64,000 nt of DNA from Candidatus Falkowella caecavicola. GTDB lineage: Bacteria; Bacillota; Clostridia; Oscillospirales; Ruminococcaceae. The translations under genes were made by a program, and so were the position numbers. The notes beneath the pieces were generated by a model that saw nothing but the letters and a program-made list of their open reading frames with translations, was not told where the DNA came from and did no database searches. The DNA lies in the NCBI GenBank assembly GCA_904420125.1, contig CAJFUK010000053.1, forward strand, positions 1 to 64,000. The letters are read 5' to 3'. Position 1 is the stretch's first letter; each line of letters opens with the position of its first letter. Of this stretch, positions 59,087 through 64,000 are shown piece by piece.

Positions 59087-60085
59087 CTACTGATAAAACT
59101 TTCTTCTGATCTTTCTCATTTCTTTCCAAACATTATCCCCATAATTACTCACCAAAACAGAAATCATTCCATTATTGGGATTGTATTCAGAAATAAAACT
59201 TACACCAGGGTCACAACCTTGAAAATAAACCAAATCTTTACCACATGGATTGTCAATAATCCATACGCCATAACCATAGTAGCCTTCTTCAGGGTCGGCA
59301 CCGTCTCCACTTTGTTTAGTAAACATCTTTGAGAGCAACTCTTTTGAAATTAATTTTTCATTTAATAAGTTCGTCCAAAAATTGACTACATCTTTTACTG
59401 TTATAAAAGCTCCCCCTGCCCCCGTTCCTTTTGCATCAACAGAAAAAATATTGGTACGGAAATCCTTTGTATCAGCACAATAAATATAATTATTTGCACA
59501 TTTTGGCGGTAATCTATCCAGTTCATAGTAACCTGTCCCATTCATATCGCATACATCAAAAATATTTGTTTGCAGATACTGATCAAAATACATTCCCGTT
59601 ACTTTTTCAATGATCTCTGCCAGCAACACATAACCCGAATTGTTGTATTGAAATTTTTGACCTTTCGGATACATCATAGGCTTATCTATGAACAACGGGA
59701 ACAGATCATGATTATGTCTGATCTTGTAGTTAGGATACTCAATCCATAATTCCTCGTATTCGTCCATCATGCTTTCATCAAAATAATCTGGTACTCCCGA
59801 AGTATGATTTAATAATTGTTCTATTGTCACATCAACATCTATATCGTATAAATCAATATCAAGCAGTTTTCCTAATGTATTCTCAAAATTCAGTTTTCCT
59901 TGCTCAATTAACTGTAAGATGGCTACAGCAACAAATACTTTTCCCGCTGATGCACTAGCAAATTTTGTTTCTATTGTATTGGGGATTTCATTTGCCCAAT
60001 CAGCCAGTCCGGACACATGTTCTATTACGACCTTGCTATCTTGAACAACATATATATTCCCTCTAAAATTACTATCTATGTTCAT
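59087..60085 (-). CDS. Serine hydrolase of the beta-lactamase/penicillin-binding-protein (class C-like) family. Markedly AT-rich codon usage.
   Basis: SxxK (SAGK) and YxN (YNN) motifs. Confidence 0.65.
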   Translation of the reverse strand: MNIDSNFRGNIYVVQDSKVVIEHVSGLADWANEIPNTIETKFASASAGKVFVAVAILQLIEQGKLNFENTLGKLLDIDLYDIDVDVTIEQLLNHTSGVPDYFDESMMDEYEELWIEYPNYKIRHNHDLFPLFIDKPMMYPKGQKFQYNNSGYVLLAEIIEKVTGMYFDQYLQTNIFDVCDMNGTGYYELDRLPPKCANNYIYCADTKDFRTNIFSVDAKGTGAGGAFITVKDVVNFWTNLLNEKLISKELLSKMFTKQSGDGADPEEGYYGYGVWIIDNPCGKDLVYFQGCDPGVSFISEYNPNNGMISVLVSNYGDNVWKEMRKIRRKFYQ

Positions 60086-60488
60086 CGTTCATCATCCACC
60101 TCGCTAAACAATGAATTGCAGATTTCTTTAACAATTACATTATAGCGCTCAGATATCAATTTTTCTACCATTTCCTGCTTTTTTCAATATAGAAGACTAA
60201 CGAGAACAAAAAACAACAAATGCTTTTCTTCTCGTATAGTATATGGTATTCTCTTATATCTGCCCGTATGGTTTTATATCATCATAGGAAATTCGGGCAC
60301 CATTTCGGCACCAGGGCGTCGAAACTTCGGATTATTCCCGCGGCGATAAAGTGCTGAAAACATAGCAATCACGCGGCTTTATGCCATTCTACACACCGGC
60401 ATTCAGAATTGTTCTTCTACTATTTTTGATTATAGAACAGGAGGTGTAAGGCTGTCCCTGGGGTAATATCGCCTCACATACAGCCTGT

Positions 60489-61352
60489 ATGTACATGAAA
60501 AAATCATTGACAGCTATACTGACAAGCTTGCTGATGCTTGGCTCTTTACCGGTCTGTCAGGCCGCAGATCAGGCGTTGACCCTGCCCGATTATGTCTATG
60601 ACGTGGTCCGGCAGATGATCGAAGAAGAAAAACTGTCCAACACAGAAACAATCGAACTGAATCATAAGACCTGGGCGTTAACGTTTTCTGATGATTTTGA
60701 CGGTGATACGCTGGACGACTCCAAATGGGAGCGCTGCCCGGAACAGGAACGGTCTGATCTGGGCGCGTATTGGTCTGATTCCTGTTCCTGGCTGGATGGA
60801 GAGGGGCATTTGGTCATCAATGTGCGCAAACAGGACGGCAGATATTGTTCCGGGGCCATCCAGACGCAGGGAAAATTTGAACAGGCATATGGATATTTTG
60901 AAATCCGTTGTAAATTACAGTCTGAACCGGGTTTCTGGACGGCGTTCTGGTTGATGGGAGACACGGTTGGAAATGTCGGGAACGGCAGTCAGGACGGCGT
61001 AGAAATTGATATTATGGAAGCGCTAAAACGGGAAGATCCGGTTATTCATCATAACCTGCACTGGGACGGATATGGCGTCCATCATCAGACCACCGGCACC
61101 GATGTCACTGTTCCGGGTATTTTCGACGGATATCATACATTCGGGCTGGAATGGAACGAAGAAGCCTATATCTTTTATGTCGATGGACAGGAAACCTGGC
61201 GCACCACAGCAGATGGGATCTGTACAGCGCCACTGTTTATCATCATTTCGGCAGAGGTGGGAACCTGGGGCGGCGATATTACGCAGGCGGCCCTGCCGGA
61301 TTCGATGCTGGTCGACTATGTGAAAGTCTATCAGGAAGTAAAACCTGTATAA
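60489..61352 (+). CDS. Secreted glycoside hydrolase family 16 (laminarinase/licheninase-like).
   Basis: Signal peptide. Catalytic EIDIME motif. Confidence 0.8.
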   Translation: MYMKKSLTAILTSLLMLGSLPVCQAADQALTLPDYVYDVVRQMIEEEKLSNTETIELNHKTWALTFSDDFDGDTLDDSKWERCPEQERSDLGAYWSDSCSWLDGEGHLVINVRKQDGRYCSGAIQTQGKFEQAYGYFEIRCKLQSEPGFWTAFWLMGDTVGNVGNGSQDGVEIDIMEALKREDPVIHHNLHWDGYGVHHQTTGTDVTVPGIFDGYHTFGLEWNEEAYIFYVDGQETWRTTADGICTAPLFIIISAEVGTWGGDITQAALPDSMLVDYVKVYQEVKPV

Positions 61353-61779
61353 TCGAAAAGCCCTGAATGCAAGCCGGCAGCTTTGACACCCCGCCAATAT
61401 CCGCGCCTTTCCATGTCACTCGTTTTTACTTACCCGATTGAGTCCGGTATCCTACAAATAGAGAAAGCCGTTTGAAAGGTTCCTGTTCGATCATCGGAGG
61501 GTGCTGACTGCAGCCTGTTTGATTCTCGTCTCAGTGGAACATCAAGGTATAAAACACTCCTTTGTCCGGGTAGGATGCTTCATAAAACGCCAATATATGC
61601 CTGACGGCTGAAAGACATATAGGCTGCATCTGAAAGAGGTAAAATGAGGGCATCAAAGACATCTGATTTTTTTCAATATGCAAGGGACTGCTGCAAAACA
61701 AATTATTTTGCAGCAGTCCCTTTTTGTGTTTATGCATTTATGCCGGACGCATTGCGTATTTGTACAATCGCCAAAACAT

Positions 61780-62580
61780 TCATGATGCAAGTGAAAATTC
61801 GGTCGAAACCGTTAAATCCTTTGCTGTTATCTCCTCTTCTGGAACGATTTCAAAATGCGCTTTGACATTTCTGGCCCCATTGGATTCCAGGCAAAGCTTG
61901 ATCTTTCCTGGAGAAAAACGGTCCAATATATAGACCATCCCGCCGTCCATCCCCGTCAAATCCAGACATTCCTCTGTATCGTCCTGCGAAATATACAGTA
62001 ACAGTTCTCCGCTCTCAGAAGACACTTCGATGTAAAGCGCTTCCCCCTCTTCCATCCGCATGGTTTGATCCTGCCGGTAGCCATCACTGGCTCCGAGGAA
62101 GCTGATCGACCAGGTATCTCCCCAGGCGCTCTGTACACTGCCATAGACATATCCCGAATCCAAAGCAAACGACTCACGATCCAGAGCAAATGTAACAATC
62201 ATCCCGGAAATCATACAAATAATCCCCATAGCAAAACTGATCATCGCTGCAATAAACAAACCCCATTTAGTTTTGACCGGTGCCGGTCGTTCTGTAACGG
62301 TCAAGTCGTTTCCGCACCGGCTGCAGAAAGTGTCTGTTGTATTCACTCGCTGCCCGCAACGTGGACATACCATGGTTGTTGCTCTCCTGCCGATGATAAA
62401 ATAGAGAAGCAGGCTGATTCCTTGAGAAACAAGCAAAACCAGCAGCGTCCAAAGCAGCGTGTTTGCTCCTCTTGCCTTGCTGTCTCGATAGACCCATATG
62501 CCAATCATCACCCAAAAAGCTAAAATAAACAATAAGCCCGGCAGCATGAAAGCTAAAAGAAAAAATTCTATTGACATCAT
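61780..62580 (-). CDS. Membrane protein with a cytoplasmic zinc-ribbon (CPRCG...CSRCG), TM helices and an extracytoplasmic domain.
   Basis: Cys4 ribbon motif and hydrophobic segments. Confidence 0.5.
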   Translation of the reverse strand: MMSIEFFLLAFMLPGLLFILAFWVMIGIWVYRDSKARGANTLLWTLLVLLVSQGISLLLYFIIGRRATTMVCPRCGQRVNTTDTFCSRCGNDLTVTERPAPVKTKWGLFIAAMISFAMGIICMISGMIVTFALDRESFALDSGYVYGSVQSAWGDTWSISFLGASDGYRQDQTMRMEEGEALYIEVSSESGELLLYISQDDTEECLDLTGMDGGMVYILDRFSPGKIKLCLESNGARNVKAHFEIVPEEEITAKDLTVSTEFSLAS

Positions 62581-62611
62581 TTCATCGTTCCTTTCATAGA
62601 TAGTCGCTGTC

Positions 62612-62947
62612 TCATTTTATCGTTACGCAAAGCTGTTTTTTCAAGTCGCCAAAGCGTAGCCCAATCACAGTCAGCACCCCGCAGCATAAGATCAGATGCC
62701 CACAGATTCCGACCGCCGCCCAACGAAGCCAGCCGGTTGAAAAATATAAAAACCAAAGGCCCAGCGTGCTGAAAAACAAGCTATTCAATATAAACGGAAC
62801 ATACCATAAAAATATATTTTTTCGCTGGCGCGGCGGAATTTCTGCCTCCAATTGTTTCTGTAACTGCAGACGAAGCGCTTCCGGCGGTTCTTCTTCAGCC
62901 CGCAGCGCCTGGCGCATGATCTCATCAAACTCTTTCTGGCTGTTCAT
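62612..62947 (-). CDS. Putative anti-sigma factor (small membrane protein) coupled to the ECF sigma gene.
   Basis: Overlaps the sigma gene by 23 bp. Two TM helices. Confidence 0.45.
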   Translation of the reverse strand: MNSQKEFDEIMRQALRAEEEPPEALRLQLQKQLEAEIPPRQRKNIFLWYVPFILNSLFFSTLGLWFLYFSTGWLRWAAVGICGHLILCCGVLTVIGLRFGDLKKQLCVTIK

Positions 62948-63494
62948 ATCCGATCTCCTCCAATCTTTGCCGAATCAACGCGCGTCCTTTATGCAGTCTG
63001 CTTTTCACTGTCCCGGACGGCACTTTTAATACAACCGCGATATCCTCTGTTTTCAATCCAAAGGTATAAAATAAAATGACCGGAAGCCTGTACCGATCCG
63101 GCAGATTTTGCACAGCATGCCGGATATCCGCTTCCCGCATCCGAACCAGTACCTGTTCTTCCGTATCTACAGAAGCGCTTATCACAAAACCAGGTTCCTC
63201 TGCAGAGATCTCCGGCGCGATTCTTTCCCGCCGCATCTGTTTGCGCCGAAGATTCCGCCAGATTCCATGCGCCACGGAAAACAAAAACGCCCTTGGATTC
63301 CGGTTCCAGTCTGGAACGGCCTGCATCTCCAGCAGCCGCAAAAAAGTCTGCTGATATAAATCCTCTCCATCCGGCCGGCTTCCCGATAAACGCAAGCAAA
63401 AACGATACACTTCCGTACCATACAAATCCGCAAGCTTTCCAGCCTCATCTGCCCGCATTCTCTTTTCCCTCCTCCGCTTTTTGAACCGGTTCAC
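62925..63494 (-). CDS. ECF-subfamily RNA polymerase sigma factor.
   Basis: Region 2 and region 4 (AVVLKVPSGTVKSRL) motifs. Confidence 0.8.
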   Translation of the reverse strand: MNRFKKRRREKRMRADEAGKLADLYGTEVYRFCLRLSGSRPDGEDLYQQTFLRLLEMQAVPDWNRNPRAFLFSVAHGIWRNLRRKQMRRERIAPEISAEEPGFVISASVDTEEQVLVRMREADIRHAVQNLPDRYRLPVILFYTFGLKTEDIAVVLKVPSGTVKSRLHKGRALIRQRLEEIGYEQPERV

Positions 63495-64000
63495 TATCTA
63501 TTCGTCTCAACGATCCTTTTGGTTCATGGATCGTCGATGATTTTTTGATGAAATAGAGAAATTTCTCCTCATAAGCCCACACAAGTGTTACTAATATCCT
63601 TGCAGAACCAGCTTAAAATCAGGACTTGCTGCATCTGCATATCCGTGTGTTTATAGGCCCGGCACCATTTCGGCACCACAAAAGCGAGCAATACAAACGA
63701 ATGCACACGTTTTTCTCCGTTCCATTTCTGCCTGTAAAATGTGAGAAGTTCCGTGACAAGCATAGGAAACGGGTGCCCACTCCCGTTTCCCTGTCTACCG
63801 AATATCCGTTGAGAATTTCCACAACTTTTTGATTCTATCGACTCAATGAGCGGAAAATCAGTGTATCAGTCTTTAAAGCAGTCAGATGCCAGCATGCCAT
63901 ACATACACGCAGCTACAATGCCTGTATTGTTCCAATTGGCTTTTCTCTCAAAGCACCCTCATCAATAAGGCCGCATTTTTTCATGACCTCACCTGCGTTT

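Noticed and set aside
1-64000. CRISPR arrays or other defence islands (RM, toxin-antitoxin with a recognisable toxin)
   Set aside because: No regularly spaced short repeats with unique spacers. The repeat clusters found have irregular spacing and degenerate copies. No Cas-like, methyltransferase or restriction-enzyme motifs in any ORF.

Overview
This 64 kb window looks like chromosome from an anaerobic Firmicute (Clostridia-like; about 52% GC with several AT-rich intergenic stretches). No database searches were possible, so every product call rests on motifs I recognise in the ORF translations plus RBS, terminator and operon logic read directly from the DNA.

Main content, in order along the window:

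- (1) A minus-strand electron-bifurcating [FeFe]-hydrogenase operon (NuoE-like, histidine-kinase-like ATPase, thioredoxin-like 2Fe-2S ferredoxin, NuoF-like, HydA with H-cluster motifs), ending in a tandem 105-bp repeat that carries duplicated terminator hairpins.
- (2) A divergent regulatory cluster: an XRE regulator, then DRTGG protein, anti-sigma-like HATPase, a PAS-less sensory HydS-like [FeFe]-hydrogenase paralogue, and a second DRTGG protein.
- (3) Housekeeping and accessory genes: nucleoside hydrolase, lipoprotein alpha/beta hydrolase, flavodiiron protein and HAD hydrolase in one operon, a DUF2975 plus XRE pair, an ECF sigma/anti-sigma pair, CBS protein, QueG-like protein, NUDIX, M14 peptidase, GtrA and an FAD oxidoreductase.
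- (4) The most interesting region, 23.6-30.9 kb, is an apparent RNA-repair island on the minus strand. It holds two overlapping HTH-WYL regulator genes, a roughly 540-bp non-coding region with a tRNA-like element (two TΨC-arm mimics GGTTCGAnTCC), then an SPFH protein, the RNA ligase RtcB and an RlaP-like nucleotidyltransferase. Upstream of the WYL pair sit a DMP19-like gene and three tRNA-3'-end-like repeats with long perfect hairpins beside a genuine tRNA-Ala(GGC).
- (5) A carbohydrate block: NagB, ribokinase, DEAD-box helicase, AraC regulator, an IS200/IS605 tnpA element next to a frameshifted repeat-lipoprotein gene, then GH39, GH38, GH127, GH43 and GH16 glycoside hydrolases.
- (6) The remainder: a MATE transporter, a sigma-70 protein with a long C-terminal extension, ZIP transporter, SufC-SufBD, DapB-like dehydrogenase, ClpB, PHP phosphoesterase, a low-GC beta-lactamase-family gene, and a second ECF sigma/anti-sigma/zinc-ribbon module.

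Several short repeated DNA motifs (a GGATTTG array; GGCACCATTTCGGCACCA three times) are not explained by the genes. No CRISPR arrays, cas genes, restriction-modification or integrase genes were seen.
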